Shown here: positions 28,341 to 38,631 of the stretch, piece by piece
How positions within the stretch are numbered: position 1 is the first letter of the stretch
Layout: the number at the start of each line of letters is the position of its first letter
Assembly (NCBI GenBank): GCA_001001485.1
Contig: LCKO01000003.1
Span: 223-64,222 of the forward strand
Direction of reading: 5' to 3'
Source of the DNA: Candidatus Collierbacteria bacterium GW2011_GWB2_45_17
Lineage (GTDB): Bacteria; Patescibacteriota; Microgenomatia; UBA1400; MFAQ01
DNA length: 64,000 nucleotides
Program-made: the position numbers and the translations under genes
Notes under the pieces: generated by a model
The model's database searches: none
What the model was told of the DNA's origin: nothing
The model's input: the letters and a program-made list of their open reading frames with translations, nothing else

Positions 28341-29437
28341 AAATTGCCATCGACATTTCTCAAGCCATCTACGGTACCGGTGTCTCGGTGTATACCAAGA
28401 ATCTGGTGGCGAACCTAATCAAACAGCACCCTGAAGATGAATTTATCTTGTTTGGCGGTTCTCTCCGCCGACGAAAAGAATTGCTGTCCATGGCCAAAAA
28501 ACTCAAAGGTACCCCCAAAATCTACCCCTTTCCGCCAACCCTCATGGACTTTATCTGGAACTCTCTCCACATCTTACCCATCGAGAAGTTAACCGGACCG
28601 GTAGACCTCATTCATACTTCTGACTGGACGGAACCCCCATCTAAGTATCCTAAGATCACCACCATGCACGACCTTATTCCTTTCAAATATCCTCAAACCA
28701 CCACTAGCTCCATTAGGAACGCTCATAAAAAGAAATTGGCTTGGGTTATTCGCGAATCAAAAAAAATCATTGCCGTGAGTGAATCAACCAAAAAAGACCT
28801 AATGTCTATTCTAAGAGTGCCGGAAGAAAAAATAGTCGTTATTCCTGAGGGAGTAGAGGAGCGCTACACACCCCAACCTCTGGAAATCGTGGACTTGGTT
28901 AGACGTCGCTACCAAACCGGAGAGGACTACCTTTTTACTTTATCCACCCTCGAACCGCGTAAAAATCAAGAGGCTCTGATCCGCGCTTACGAGATAGTCC
29001 GCAAGACTTTCCCTGATCTAAAACTCCTCATCGCCGGCCGCGTTCGACAAGACGGGAAATTACCGCCTGCGGAAGGGGTGATTATGCCCGGCTATATTCC
29101 CGATGCCGACCTTCCATCTCTTTACTCCGGTTGTTTAGCTTTCGTATTCCCCAGTATTTACGAGGGCTTTGGTCTGCCCCCGCTTCAAGCTATGGCTTGC
29201 GGAGCTTCCGTGGCTGTTAGCAACGTCAGTAGCCTCCCGGAAGTGGTTGGTGATGCCGGCATTCTTTTTGACCCGGAGAGCGTGGAATCAATCGCGGCTG
29301 GTATAATAGAGGCTATCCAAAACAGGTCGGTTCTGAGGAAAAAAAGCCTGATTCAGGCATCAAAATTTACTTGGGGCCAAGCTGCCGAGGAAACTTATAA
29401 GGTATATAAAGAAGTAAATAATGATAATAGGATTTGA
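28337..29437 (+). CDS. Glycosyltransferase family 4
   Basis: ...FVFPSIYEGFGLPPLQAMACGASVAVSNVSSLPEV... GT4 C-terminal donor-binding region. Confidence 0.7.
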   Translation: MKIAIDISQAIYGTGVSVYTKNLVANLIKQHPEDEFILFGGSLRRRKELLSMAKKLKGTPKIYPFPPTLMDFIWNSLHILPIEKLTGPVDLIHTSDWTEPPSKYPKITTMHDLIPFKYPQTTTSSIRNAHKKKLAWVIRESKKIIAVSESTKKDLMSILRVPEEKIVVIPEGVEERYTPQPLEIVDLVRRRYQTGEDYLFTLSTLEPRKNQEALIRAYEIVRKTFPDLKLLIAGRVRQDGKLPPAEGVIMPGYIPDADLPSLYSGCLAFVFPSIYEGFGLPPLQAMACGASVAVSNVSSLPEVVGDAGILFDPESVESIAAGIIEAIQNRSVLRKKSLIQASKFTWGQAAEETYKVYKEVNNDNRI

Positions 29438-30536
29438 TATCAACGAAGCCAATGTTCCTCAACGTGTTGGGGTTAATCAAGTCGCCTACTCTATTTTTCT
29501 TCATCTGGTAAAGAATCTTCCAGAAGGAGATAGAATTATTGCTTTTGGGAAAGAACGACCACTTCCCGATATGCCCTCTGCGAGTGAAAAATTGACCTAC
29601 GAAATCTTCGGTGCCAAAAAAGCTTGGGTCCTTACCAGTCTCACCAAAAGACTTTGGTTCGGGAAACCCAGAGTTGATGTCTTGTTCTCTCCTAGCCACT
29701 ATTCTCCACTATTTTCTCCCGTCAAAAGCGCTATTTATCTTATGGACATGTCTTTTGAGCTTTTTGGTACCGAATTTTTTACCAGTTACGACATCAATCA
29801 GCTAAAACGCTGGACCCCTATTTCCGTTAAAAGAGCCAATAAAATCTTTACCATTTCCGAGTTTAGCAAAAACGAAATTATCCGTCTCTACCATACGGAT
29901 CCTAAGAAAATTGAAGTCGTTTATCCCTCGTTCGATAACGAGTCCTTTCATGGAAAAGTTCCCAAGACCAAACAGCTCGCCGTCAGGAAGAAATATGGCA
30001 TTAACGGCAGTTTCCTTCTTTACTGGGGGACTCTTCAGCCCAGAAAAAACATCACCAAATTAATCGAAGCTTTTTCTAAATTAAAAGAGACTCGCTTAAA
30101 GCTAGTGATTGCCGGCAAAAAAGGCTGGCTTTATGATCAGATACTCGATCAAGCTAAAAAACTTGGTATAGAAAACCGAGTTTTCTTTACCGGATTTGTT
30201 GGCCCCGATGATCTCCCTGCCCTCATTAAAGCTAGCCGCGCTTTCGTACTGCCAAGTCTCTACGAAGGTTTCGGTATGCCGGTCATCGAGGCGCAAGCGG
30301 TCGGCTCTCCGGTGGTTGTGTCGCGAGTAAGCTCTTTGCCGGAGGTAGCCGGGGACTCAGCCATCTTCATCGAAAATCCCCAATCTGTTGACAGCATCCA
30401 AGAAGCCCTCGAAAAAGTCATGGCTCTGTCCCTTTCGGAAAGAATCGACATTATTAAGTCCGGCAAAGAAAACTCCAAACGTTTTGACTGGGATGTGTCT
30501 GCCCAAAAGATTTTGGCTATACTAAAGAATATATGA
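29421..30536 (+). CDS. Glycosyltransferase family 4
   Basis: ...FVLPSLYEGFGMPVIEAQAVGSPVVVSRVSSLPEV... Confidence 0.7.
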   Translation: MIIGFDINEANVPQRVGVNQVAYSIFLHLVKNLPEGDRIIAFGKERPLPDMPSASEKLTYEIFGAKKAWVLTSLTKRLWFGKPRVDVLFSPSHYSPLFSPVKSAIYLMDMSFELFGTEFFTSYDINQLKRWTPISVKRANKIFTISEFSKNEIIRLYHTDPKKIEVVYPSFDNESFHGKVPKTKQLAVRKKYGINGSFLLYWGTLQPRKNITKLIEAFSKLKETRLKLVIAGKKGWLYDQILDQAKKLGIENRVFFTGFVGPDDLPALIKASRAFVLPSLYEGFGMPVIEAQAVGSPVVVSRVSSLPEVAGDSAIFIENPQSVDSIQEALEKVMALSLSERIDIIKSGKENSKRFDWDVSAQKILAILKNI

Positions 30537-31168
30537 ACATCTCAAATTTAAACTTCTCTGGGGAGGGGATTGCCTTTGTTGATAAAGACGGGCATAAACT
30601 ACCGGTCACTTCTGCCTTTAAAAAAATCCTTAATCGTATTGCTAATTATTTTTTGGATATCGAACTTTATCTACTCTGGATTGTTGGCTATATTCCGAGC
30701 CACTTCATCAGAGGTCTTTTCTATCGGCTGGCTGGCATCAAGCTAGGTCGCCAAGCTACTATCCATATGGGTGCCCGGTTTTTCCTCCCGAAAAATATTT
30801 CCATCGGGCAGGGAACTATTGTCGGCGATCATGCATTTTTGGATGGCCGGGCCAAAATTAATATTGGTAAACATACGGACATCGCCTCAGAGGTGATGAT
30901 TTACAACTCGGAACATAATTTATCCGACCCCGCCTTCAAAGCGATTGAAGAACCGGTTACCATTGGGGACTATTGTTTTATCGGACCACGAGTAATCATC
31001 ATGCCTGGGGTTAATGTCGGTAACGGAGCCATCGTTGCCGGCGGCGCCGTTGTCACCAAAGACGTTCCGACAGGAATGATCGTTGGCGGTGTGCCGGCCA
31101 AAGTTATCGGAGAAAGGCCCTTGAAAGAATTAGATTATAAATTAGGCCGCCCCAGGCTTTTCCAATGA
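30533..31168 (+). CDS. Hexapeptide-repeat (LbH) acetyl/acyltransferase
   Basis: Repeating [LIV]G-x-x-x-x hexapeptides: IGQGTIVGDHAFLDGRAKINIGKHTDIASEV...IGPRVIIMPGVNVGNGAIVAGGAVV. Confidence 0.7.
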   Translation: MNISNLNFSGEGIAFVDKDGHKLPVTSAFKKILNRIANYFLDIELYLLWIVGYIPSHFIRGLFYRLAGIKLGRQATIHMGARFFLPKNISIGQGTIVGDHAFLDGRAKINIGKHTDIASEVMIYNSEHNLSDPAFKAIEEPVTIGDYCFIGPRVIIMPGVNVGNGAIVAGGAVVTKDVPTGMIVGGVPAKVIGERPLKELDYKLGRPRLFQ

Positions 31169-31755
31169 AAAAACACCATCTTTCAGGGCCAGGCCTTATA
31201 GGGATTCAAATCTTCAAGGCCTGGCCCTGTGGAATATTAGTGATTTTCATTATCGGAGCCATCTATCTGAGCGTGCCCACTCCCGCCCTTCCGGATCTGC
31301 GCGACTCGGGTAGATCTGATGAAGAAGGGGATACCTGGCAGAACCCGGACCAAAAAGGCTTTTACAGCGATCTCACCAGAGCGGAAGTTCTTTCGGATAT
31401 TCAAAGTAAGTCTTTAATTAAGTTTTTTTCATGGACCATACCTCCATACAGACTAAACTATCCTCCGGAAGAAGCCTTTCCTCTAGTAAGAGATCAGACT
31501 AAAAGTAACTATCTCGAAGAAATAGTTTATCCCATGAGGAACTCGACTTTTGTCAACGGCTGGGAACCCAAAAAAGCCCCTATTAATGTTAATTTAGATC
31601 CTGAAGATATTCCCGAAATCTCACTTCATGGGGTCTTCTACGATGCAAAAATTACTCTCCGTCCAGTGAACTCTGCTATCTGGGCCAGACTGCTGATTTG
31701 GACTCTCATCTTTCCTTCCACTTACCTCGTTTACTTATCAATAAAAAATGCCTAA
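31165..31755 (+). CDS. Hypothetical membrane protein; N-terminus of the ORF is occupied by the REPIN-like element, so the true start is uncertain (GTG at 31240 is possible)
   Basis: The ORF reads through the palindrome (..GPGLIGIQIFKAWPCG..), then a TM helix ILVIFIIGAIYLSV and a second C-terminal TM. Confidence 0.35.
   Translation: MKKHHLSGPGLIGIQIFKAWPCGILVIFIIGAIYLSVPTPALPDLRDSGRSDEEGDTWQNPDQKGFYSDLTRAEVLSDIQSKSLIKFFSWTIPPYRLNYPPEEAFPLVRDQTKSNYLEEIVYPMRNSTFVNGWEPKKAPINVNLDPEDIPEISLHGVFYDAKITLRPVNSAIWARLLIWTLIFPSTYLVYLSIKNA
31184..31232. repeat. REPIN-like doublet of REP-like units in inverted orientation
   Basis: tcagggccaggcctt (31184-31198) and its reverse complement inside cttcaaggcctggccctgtgg (31212-31232) are separated by about 13 nt; the units belong to the same GGCCTGGCC-core family. 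Confidence 0.5.
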
Positions 31756-32656
31756 AGTCGATCTTTCTATCATCACTATTTCGTACAACACCAGACAAAT
31801 CCTCTTGGACTGTCTCAACTCGATCATAAAAAACACCAAAGGCCTAACCTACGAAATTATCGTCGTTTCGACCGGCTCTAATGACGGGTCACTGGAGATG
31901 ATCAGAGACTTTGCCACCCAAAACTCTCAGGTAATCCTCGTCGATGCCAAGGAAAATATTGGTTTTGGTCGAGGAAACAATCTTGGTGCCATCAAGGCAA
32001 AGGGGAAGTATCTACTGTTTCTCAACTCGGATACTTTAATCTTCGATAACGCCCTAAAAAAGGCTGTAGAAATCGTCCGGAAACATCCCAAAATTGGTGC
32101 CTATTCTTGTCGCTTGTTAAATGCCGACCGTTCATTCCAGCCTTCGGGTGGTCACTTCCCGACCTTTGGCAGTCTTATTGCCTGGCAACTTTTTATCGAC
32201 GATCTTCCCTTAATTGGCGACCTCATTCCCTCATTTCATCCCAAACAAAGCCAATACGATAAAAATCAAAAGATGGACTGGGTTACCGGAGCTTTTATTA
32301 TGGTGAAAAAAAGTGTTTTTGACTCTGTAGGTGGTTTTGATAAGACCATTTTTATGTACACCGAAGAGATGGAACTTTGTTACCGCTTAGCCAAAATAGG
32401 TTACTCCACTTTTTACACCAATAGCCCAGCCATTATTCATCTGGGAGGTGCCTCGGGTGGGTCTTATCTGGCTCTCACCGAAGAGATAAAAAATATGCTC
32501 TATTTTTGGCGCAAACACATGCCCAGCTGGCAGCTACCCATGGTCAAAATATTTTTTTGGATTGGTTCATTGCTTAGATTGTTAATATTTGGGATAATCA
32601 AAGGAGATGCAAAAGCACGACGCGCCTATTTCCACGCTCTTGGATTCATTTTTTAA
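31748..32656 (+). CDS. Glycosyltransferase family 2
   Basis: LSIITISYNTRQILLDCLNSI ... LFLNSDT ... GAFIMVKKSVFDSVGGFD. Confidence 0.65.
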   Translation: MPKVDLSIITISYNTRQILLDCLNSIIKNTKGLTYEIIVVSTGSNDGSLEMIRDFATQNSQVILVDAKENIGFGRGNNLGAIKAKGKYLLFLNSDTLIFDNALKKAVEIVRKHPKIGAYSCRLLNADRSFQPSGGHFPTFGSLIAWQLFIDDLPLIGDLIPSFHPKQSQYDKNQKMDWVTGAFIMVKKSVFDSVGGFDKTIFMYTEEMELCYRLAKIGYSTFYTNSPAIIHLGGASGGSYLALTEEIKNMLYFWRKHMPSWQLPMVKIFFWIGSLLRLLIFGIIKGDAKARRAYFHALGFIF

Positions 32657-33959
32657 ATATCTTTTTGCTGCGGTATTGATATTTATTCCTTTGTATCCGA
32701 AGTTTCCATTATTTAACGTGCCATTCACCTATGTCTCCATTCGGGCCGAGGATTTTTTGATTGGTTTGGTCTGGCTGATTTTTATTGTTCGCTTGATCGT
32801 TCAGAAAAAAATTCATTTTCCCAAAATTACCTTTCAGTTCATGGTTTTCTTTTTAGTTGGACTTGTTTCGTCTATTTCCGCTATCTTAATCACCCGGAAT
32901 GTTCAGGTACTTTTAGTGCTACTCCATTATTTCCGCCGCCTTGAATATATGTCCGTCTTTTTCCTTATCTACTGGGCTTGTAACGACTCTGGTACGCGTA
33001 AATACTTTTTAGAACTAGCCATCCTTCCTGCCATCGGAGTCTTTTTATATGGCATTGCCCAGATTTATTTTGAAGCACCGGTTATATCAACTATGGACTC
33101 TGAATCCAGTAAGGGTATCGCCATGTATCTGCGCCCCGGGGTGACGCTTAACAGCACTTTTGCGGGACACTATGACCTTGCCATTTATCTCACCATGATG
33201 ATGACGTTTTTAGTCGCCATTTCTTCCTCGATCGGTACTTGGATAAAACGCCTACCATTTTTGGGCCTATTTGGTATCTTACTTTGGCTCTTCATGCAGG
33301 CGGGTTCCAGAATCTCTCTCGTTAGTCTTATACTTGCGGTTTGTGTGGTTACCTATATCTATCGTCGTTACCTGCTCGGTCTGGTCTTTCTGGGAGTTAT
33401 CTTTGCCTTTATCGCCACTTCCCAACAGTACATCGACCGATTTAAAACAATTTTTAAAGTCTTTACTGTCAAAACCTCTCAAATCTGGACATCCCCGGCT
33501 TACGCCGCTACAAAAGGGGCAACTGAGATCTCACTCACTCCTCGTCCCACACCAACCGCGGAGCCGCTTCGTCCCATCCAGCAAGACCGTTCTTCCAGTA
33601 TCCGTTTTGACGTCGAATGGCCAAGAGCCCTAAGAGCTTTTTACAAAAATCCCTTACTCGGGACTGGCTACTCATCGATTACTCTGGCAACCGACAACGA
33701 TTATCTACGAGCACTCGGAGAAACCGGCCTACTTGGACTACTTTCTTTTCTGGCTTTGCTCTTGGCTATTGGGAAATTCCTAATAAAACAAGTCAAGGAA
33801 ACATCTGGTATTGATAAAATTATTGTAGTTTCAACCATCGGTATCTTTGTTTCTTTTTTAACAACGGCAACTTTTATAGACGTCTTCGAATCGAGCAAAA
33901 TCGCCATTCTTTTCTGGGCCTATATGGGTTTAGCATTTAGCACCAAAAAATATGATTAA
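32607..33959 (+). CDS. O-antigen ligase / polymerase-like (Wzy_C) polytopic membrane protein
   Basis: 450 aa, at least 10 TM helices with a large loop; position and topology fit Wzy/WaaL-like proteins; no explicit motif verified. Confidence 0.45.
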   Translation: MQKHDAPISTLLDSFFKYLFAAVLIFIPLYPKFPLFNVPFTYVSIRAEDFLIGLVWLIFIVRLIVQKKIHFPKITFQFMVFFLVGLVSSISAILITRNVQVLLVLLHYFRRLEYMSVFFLIYWACNDSGTRKYFLELAILPAIGVFLYGIAQIYFEAPVISTMDSESSKGIAMYLRPGVTLNSTFAGHYDLAIYLTMMMTFLVAISSSIGTWIKRLPFLGLFGILLWLFMQAGSRISLVSLILAVCVVTYIYRRYLLGLVFLGVIFAFIATSQQYIDRFKTIFKVFTVKTSQIWTSPAYAATKGATEISLTPRPTPTAEPLRPIQQDRSSSIRFDVEWPRALRAFYKNPLLGTGYSSITLATDNDYLRALGETGLLGLLSFLALLLAIGKFLIKQVKETSGIDKIIVVSTIGIFVSFLTTATFIDVFESSKIAILFWAYMGLAFSTKKYD

Positions 33960-35373
33960 AAAAATTCTCATCCTCGGTATTCTGGTTCTGGCTCTACTTC
34001 TAAGACTTTATAAGCTCGATAATCCGGTTGCCGACTGGCATTCTTTCCGCCAAGCCGATACTGCCTCAGTCACCAGAAATTTTGTCGACAAGGGAGTTAA
34101 TATGTTAGTCCCCACCTATCACGATAACTCCAACATCCAGTCTGGAAAAGACAATCCAAACGGCTATCGCATGGTCGAGCTTCCTTTATACAATCTACTT
34201 CATTACTCGGTCTACGAACTCTTTCCGTCTTTGGGAGTTGATCAGGCCGGCAGGCTGACATCTGTCATCTTATCTCTGATATCTATTTACCTGGTTTATC
34301 TGATTGGAGAAAAACTCTCGGGCTTTTTTGTCGGCTGGCTGGCCGCCTTGTTTATGGCGGTCTTGCCCTTTAGCATTTATTACTCTCGGGTCATCCTTCC
34401 GGAACCACTGATGATTGCCTCGATACTAGGATCTTACTGGTATCTCATTAAAATGTCGGAGTCCACCGGAGTTAAAAAAAGATATAACTTGCTAATTAGT
34501 TCTCTTCTCTTCGCCATTGCCCTACTGGTTAAACCTTTTGCCATTTTCTTTGCTCTTCCCAATGCGGCCATTGTTTTCCGTTCCTGGGCAAAAGGCGAAC
34601 TCCACACCCTCGACGTTATTTTCTTCAGCATCTTAGGCGTCGCCCCCTTCATCTGGTGGCGCAATCATATTTTGAGTTATCCCACCGGCATTCCGGCCAG
34701 TGACTGGCTCATAAACTCCACCGGCATTCGCTTCCGTCCCGCCTGGTTCAGATGGCTCTTTAGTGAGAGAATCGGCAAACTAATTTTAGGTGTTTACGGC
34801 ACGACCTTTCTGATGCTCGGGCTAATTGCCAAGCCCAAAAACGAGGGAGTAGCTTACTGGCTGTGGGCTCTAGGAATTCTTCTTTACTTTTCGGTCATAG
34901 CCGGAGGTAACGTCCAGCACGACTATTATCAGGCCATCATTATTCCCTTCCTCTGTTTCCTTCTAGCCAAAGGAGTCGCCCTGGTACTAAGTCTCTCTAG
35001 AACTACTTACTCTCGTCTTCTAACCATCATTATGACCTTGGTTATTTTTGTCTCCATGATTTCTATCTCTTGGTACGATATTAAGGGCTACTACCAAGTC
35101 AACAACTGGCCAATAGTAGAAGCCGGAAAAGAGGTCGACCGACTTACCCCAAAGGACGCCAAAGTTATCGCTCCCTACAACGGCGACACGGCTTTCTTGT
35201 ACCAAACCCATCGTTCTGGCTGGCCACTAGGCTACGACATCGAAGACAAAATGGCTAAAGGAGCCACTTACTACGTTTCTGTTTCTTACGACGACGAATC
35301 CAGAACCTTGGAAAAGAAGTACACTCTGATAGAAAAAACCGATCGTTTTATCATCATCAAGCTAAGTAAGTAG
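33952..35373 (+). CDS. GT39/PMT_2-family membrane glycosyltransferase
   Basis: N-terminal TM then ...DNPVADWHSFRQADTASVTRNF...; multi-TM; C-terminal soluble domain. Confidence 0.55.
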   Translation: MIKKILILGILVLALLLRLYKLDNPVADWHSFRQADTASVTRNFVDKGVNMLVPTYHDNSNIQSGKDNPNGYRMVELPLYNLLHYSVYELFPSLGVDQAGRLTSVILSLISIYLVYLIGEKLSGFFVGWLAALFMAVLPFSIYYSRVILPEPLMIASILGSYWYLIKMSESTGVKKRYNLLISSLLFAIALLVKPFAIFFALPNAAIVFRSWAKGELHTLDVIFFSILGVAPFIWWRNHILSYPTGIPASDWLINSTGIRFRPAWFRWLFSERIGKLILGVYGTTFLMLGLIAKPKNEGVAYWLWALGILLYFSVIAGGNVQHDYYQAIIIPFLCFLLAKGVALVLSLSRTTYSRLLTIIMTLVIFVSMISISWYDIKGYYQVNNWPIVEAGKEVDRLTPKDAKVIAPYNGDTAFLYQTHRSGWPLGYDIEDKMAKGATYYVSVSYDDESRTLEKKYTLIEKTDRFIIIKLSK

Positions 35374-36582
35374 ATGAAGATTTTGATGCTCACTCCGTAT
35401 TTACCGTACCCGGATAGTTCCGGTGGTCAGATACGCACTCAAAATCTACTCAAACACTTATGCCAAAGACATGAAATTACTCTGATATCTCTCATCAAAG
35501 ATCCAAAAGAAAATGACAATGTCAAACATTTGCTAAAGTACTGTCGGAAGGTGATGACTTTTCAGAGAAGCGCTACCCCCTGGACTCTAAAAAATATTTT
35601 AAAAACCGGATTTTCTTTCGACCCGTTTTTAATTGTCAGAAACTTCGCCCCCGGAGTTAAAGAAGCCGTTACCAAAGAGCTGGAAACGGGAGAATATGAT
35701 CTCGTTCACGCCGAGACTTTTTACGTTATGCCCAGCATCCCCAAAACAGACCTGCCGATTATTCTGGTTGATCAAACCATCGAGTATCTTGTATATCAGC
35801 ACTACACCAATCAAACAGCGGCTTGGTTCCTTAAGCCCCTTCTGCAAATAGACGTCGAAAAAATGAAGTACTCGGAAAGGTATTACTGGCGCCGCGCGAC
35901 TCAGGTAGTGGCCGTTTCCGAAGCCGACAAAAGAGAAATGCTCCTACTGGAGCCGGACATTCGAGTCGAAATTGTCCCCAACGGTGTTAATCTTGATCTT
36001 TTTAGAAAAAAAACCAACTGGAACACTCAAGAAAAAGCTATCTTACAGATCAGTAACTTCAAGTGGCTCCAAAATGTCGAGGCCGCTCATCTTCTCATTG
36101 AAAAAGTCTTTCCTCTAGTTCGGAAAAGGGTACGAGGGGCCAAACTGTGGATAGTCGGCCAACATGTTCCGAAAGAAATGCTGGAATTAAAAGATAAAGA
36201 CATCCTAGTCAAGTCTGTTCCGGAGGATGATTCCAAGAGCTTGGTTGATGCCTGGCACGACGCTACTGTCTTTGCTTCCACCATAAAAGGCCCGGGTGGA
36301 ACCAGACTCAAGAACCTGGCAGCCATGGCCAGCCAGCTACCGATCGTCTCTACCAAAGTTGGAGTTGAAGGACTGATGGTGGTTGATAAAGAACACATTT
36401 TGATCGGTGACTCCCCCCAAAAAATCGCTGACTTGATCATCAAGGTGATAAAATCACCCGACTTGGCCCGGAGACTGGCTCTGGCTACCAGAAAACACGT
36501 TGAAGAAAAATTTGATTGGAAGATAATCGCCGGAAACTTGGACTCTTTGTATAACAAACTTGGAAAAAATGAAAAAAAATAA
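35374..36582 (+). CDS. Glycosyltransferase family 4
   Basis: [29 protein letters not shown]; typical GT4 N- and C-terminal blocks. Confidence 0.65.
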   Translation: MKILMLTPYLPYPDSSGGQIRTQNLLKHLCQRHEITLISLIKDPKENDNVKHLLKYCRKVMTFQRSATPWTLKNILKTGFSFDPFLIVRNFAPGVKEAVTKELETGEYDLVHAETFYVMPSIPKTDLPIILVDQTIEYLVYQHYTNQTAAWFLKPLLQIDVEKMKYSERYYWRRATQVVAVSEADKREMLLLEPDIRVEIVPNGVNLDLFRKKTNWNTQEKAILQISNFKWLQNVEAAHLLIEKVFPLVRKRVRGAKLWIVGQHVPKEMLELKDKDILVKSVPEDDSKSLVDAWHDATVFASTIKGPGGTRLKNLAAMASQLPIVSTKVGVEGLMVVDKEHILIGDSPQKIADLIIKVIKSPDLARRLALATRKHVEEKFDWKIIAGNLDSLYNKLGKNEKK

Positions 36583-37495
36583 ATTCGATCTAGCCGTAAT
36601 CATCGTTAACTACAATACCAAAGAGCTTCTCGAGGACTGTTTAAACTCGGTTTTTAAGGCCGATTCCCCCAAGGATGGTCTTCAGGTGATCGTGGTCGAT
36701 AATGGTTCAAAAGATGGCAGTGTGGAATTTCTCCGTAAATTCGAAAAATCTCACCCCCACCTAATATTCATCGGGAGTTCCGTGAACCTCGGCTTTGCCA
36801 AAGGCAATAATGTTGGCGTAGATGCGACCGATGCCAAACATCTGTTATTTCTAAACTCGGATACTGTCGTTAGACGATATGCTCTGGTAAAGCCGTTGAA
36901 GTATCTTAAGGCCCATCCCAAGGTGGGCGCGGTTACCATCAGACTCTATCTCAAAGATGGTGGTATCGACTACGACAATCACCGAGGCTTCCCTACGCCT
37001 TGGACCGCAATCACCAAATTTTCCGGTCTAGCCGGACTATTTCCTCAGTCGACCTTCTTCAATAGCTATCATCTCGGTTTCAAAAAGCTGGACAAGATTC
37101 ATCAGATTCCGGTCGCCGCCGGTTCGTATATGATGATGCCCACCAAACTCTTTCGTCAGATAGGGATGTGGGACGAAACCTATTTCTTCTATGGCGAGGA
37201 CATTGATCTTTGTTACCGGATCAATTCAGCCGGCTATAAAATTATCTACTATCCCAAGGTCAGCACTCTACACCTTAGAGGAGCCTCTTCCGGACTCCGA
37301 AAAGAAAATGCCAAAGGCGCCTCTTCCGGAAAAGAAAATCGTATCAAAGTTGCCAAGTCATCGACGGACGCTTGGAAGATTTTCTACAAAAAATTTTACA
37401 AAAATAAATATCCCTTCTTTGTCACCGCCACCGTCCTAGCTGGTATGTCTCTAATCGGCAACTTACGAGTCTTAAAACATAAACTTACAAAATGA
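36560..37495 (+). CDS. Glycosyltransferase family 2
   Basis: [21 protein letters not shown] ... [10 protein letters not shown] ... LFLNSDT. Confidence 0.65.
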   Translation: MEKMKKNKFDLAVIIVNYNTKELLEDCLNSVFKADSPKDGLQVIVVDNGSKDGSVEFLRKFEKSHPHLIFIGSSVNLGFAKGNNVGVDATDAKHLLFLNSDTVVRRYALVKPLKYLKAHPKVGAVTIRLYLKDGGIDYDNHRGFPTPWTAITKFSGLAGLFPQSTFFNSYHLGFKKLDKIHQIPVAAGSYMMMPTKLFRQIGMWDETYFFYGEDIDLCYRINSAGYKIIYYPKVSTLHLRGASSGLRKENAKGASSGKENRIKVAKSSTDAWKIFYKKFYKNKYPFFVTATVLAGMSLIGNLRVLKHKLTK

Positions 37496-38631
37496 GAATT
37501 GGCATCGACGCTCGTCTTTATGGCTTGGAACACGCTGGCTTAGGCCGGTACGTTTTGGAGATGGTTAATCAAGTTTTAAAAACAGACACCAAAAATGAGT
37601 ATGTTTTATTTCTCACTTCCAGGCATGCCATGGAGTTTCAAAATAAAAAAAGAGTTAAAGTTGTCATTACCAATACGCCAATCTATGGTTTCCTGGAACA
37701 GATCGTTTTACCTTTTGTCTTTATGCGGGAGAGACTTGACCTTTTGCACATACCCCACTTCAATGCACCATTTTTGTACCCAGGAAAGATTATCCTTACT
37801 ATTCATGATCTGATCAAACATCAATCCAAGGGTAAAGAAACTACTACTAGACAGCCTTGGTTGTATTTTTTTAAAAGAGGTGGTTATTTGTTTTTGACCA
37901 ACATTATCGTCCATAGGGCGTCCCATATCATCGTTCCTTCAGAATTTGTCCGGAAGGATGTATCCAAAAAGCTTCACGTCAAGGTGGAGAAAATCACCGT
38001 AACCTATGAAGCAGTTTCTGGTAACCTTAAAAAGATCCGGCTTTCTGATTCGGGAAAACGCTTGATTCTTTCCCGTTACGGGCTCAGTCAGCCCTTCGTC
38101 GTCTATACAGGCAGTACTTATCCCCACAAAAATGTTGAGCTATTGATCGACGCCATTATCAAACACAATGAAAACAAAGAAGCCGATCTTCAGCTGGCTC
38201 TCATTGGTGCCCGACCGATATTTTGGGAGAGAATGCAAAAGAAAATTGAGGATCAAAGCCTTGGACACTGGATAAAACTTCTTGGCTTTGTCGACGATAA
38301 GAATGTCTCCAAACTGTACAGTCTGGCTCTTGCCCTTGTCCACCCCAGTAAGATGGAGGGTTTTGGTCTTACTGGTATGGAGGCGATGAATCTTGGTCTA
38401 CCGGTAATTTCCAGTTACGCTAGCTGTTTACCAGAAGTTTATGGGTCTGCCGCTCTGTTTTTTGATCCAGACAACGTTGAGGACTTGGTGGAAAAAATGG
38501 AAACTCTGATCTCAAGCACTGAATTAAGAAAAAGCCTTTCAGAAAAAGGACTGCTTCAAGCCAAAAAATATTCTTGGGAAAGAATGGGTAAGGAAACAGT
38601 TGCTGTCTACAACAGTCTTCTCAAAAAATGA
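37492..38631 (+). CDS. Glycosyltransferase family 4
   Basis: [24 protein letters not shown] ... [27 protein letters not shown]. Confidence 0.65.
   Translation: MRIGIDARLYGLEHAGLGRYVLEMVNQVLKTDTKNEYVLFLTSRHAMEFQNKKRVKVVITNTPIYGFLEQIVLPFVFMRERLDLLHIPHFNAPFLYPGKIILTIHDLIKHQSKGKETTTRQPWLYFFKRGGYLFLTNIIVHRASHIIVPSEFVRKDVSKKLHVKVEKITVTYEAVSGNLKKIRLSDSGKRLILSRYGLSQPFVVYTGSTYPHKNVELLIDAIIKHNENKEADLQLALIGARPIFWERMQKKIEDQSLGHWIKLLGFVDDKNVSKLYSLALALVHPSKMEGFGLTGMEAMNLGLPVISSYASCLPEVYGSAALFFDPDNVEDLVEKMETLISSTELRKSLSEKGLLQAKKYSWERMGKETVAVYNSLLKK

Noticed and set aside
33271-33633. ORF 33271-33633 (+) and 33279-33482 (-)
   Set aside because: They lie entirely inside the O-antigen-ligase-like gene in other frames. 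They are Ser/Pro-rich low-complexity translations.
36560-37495. Internal short tandem repeat ([10 protein letters not shown] / GASSGKEN) in the GT2 gene as a possible contingency locus
   Set aside because: There are only two imperfect units at codon level, not a homopolymer or SSR tract. This is more likely a small in-frame duplication.
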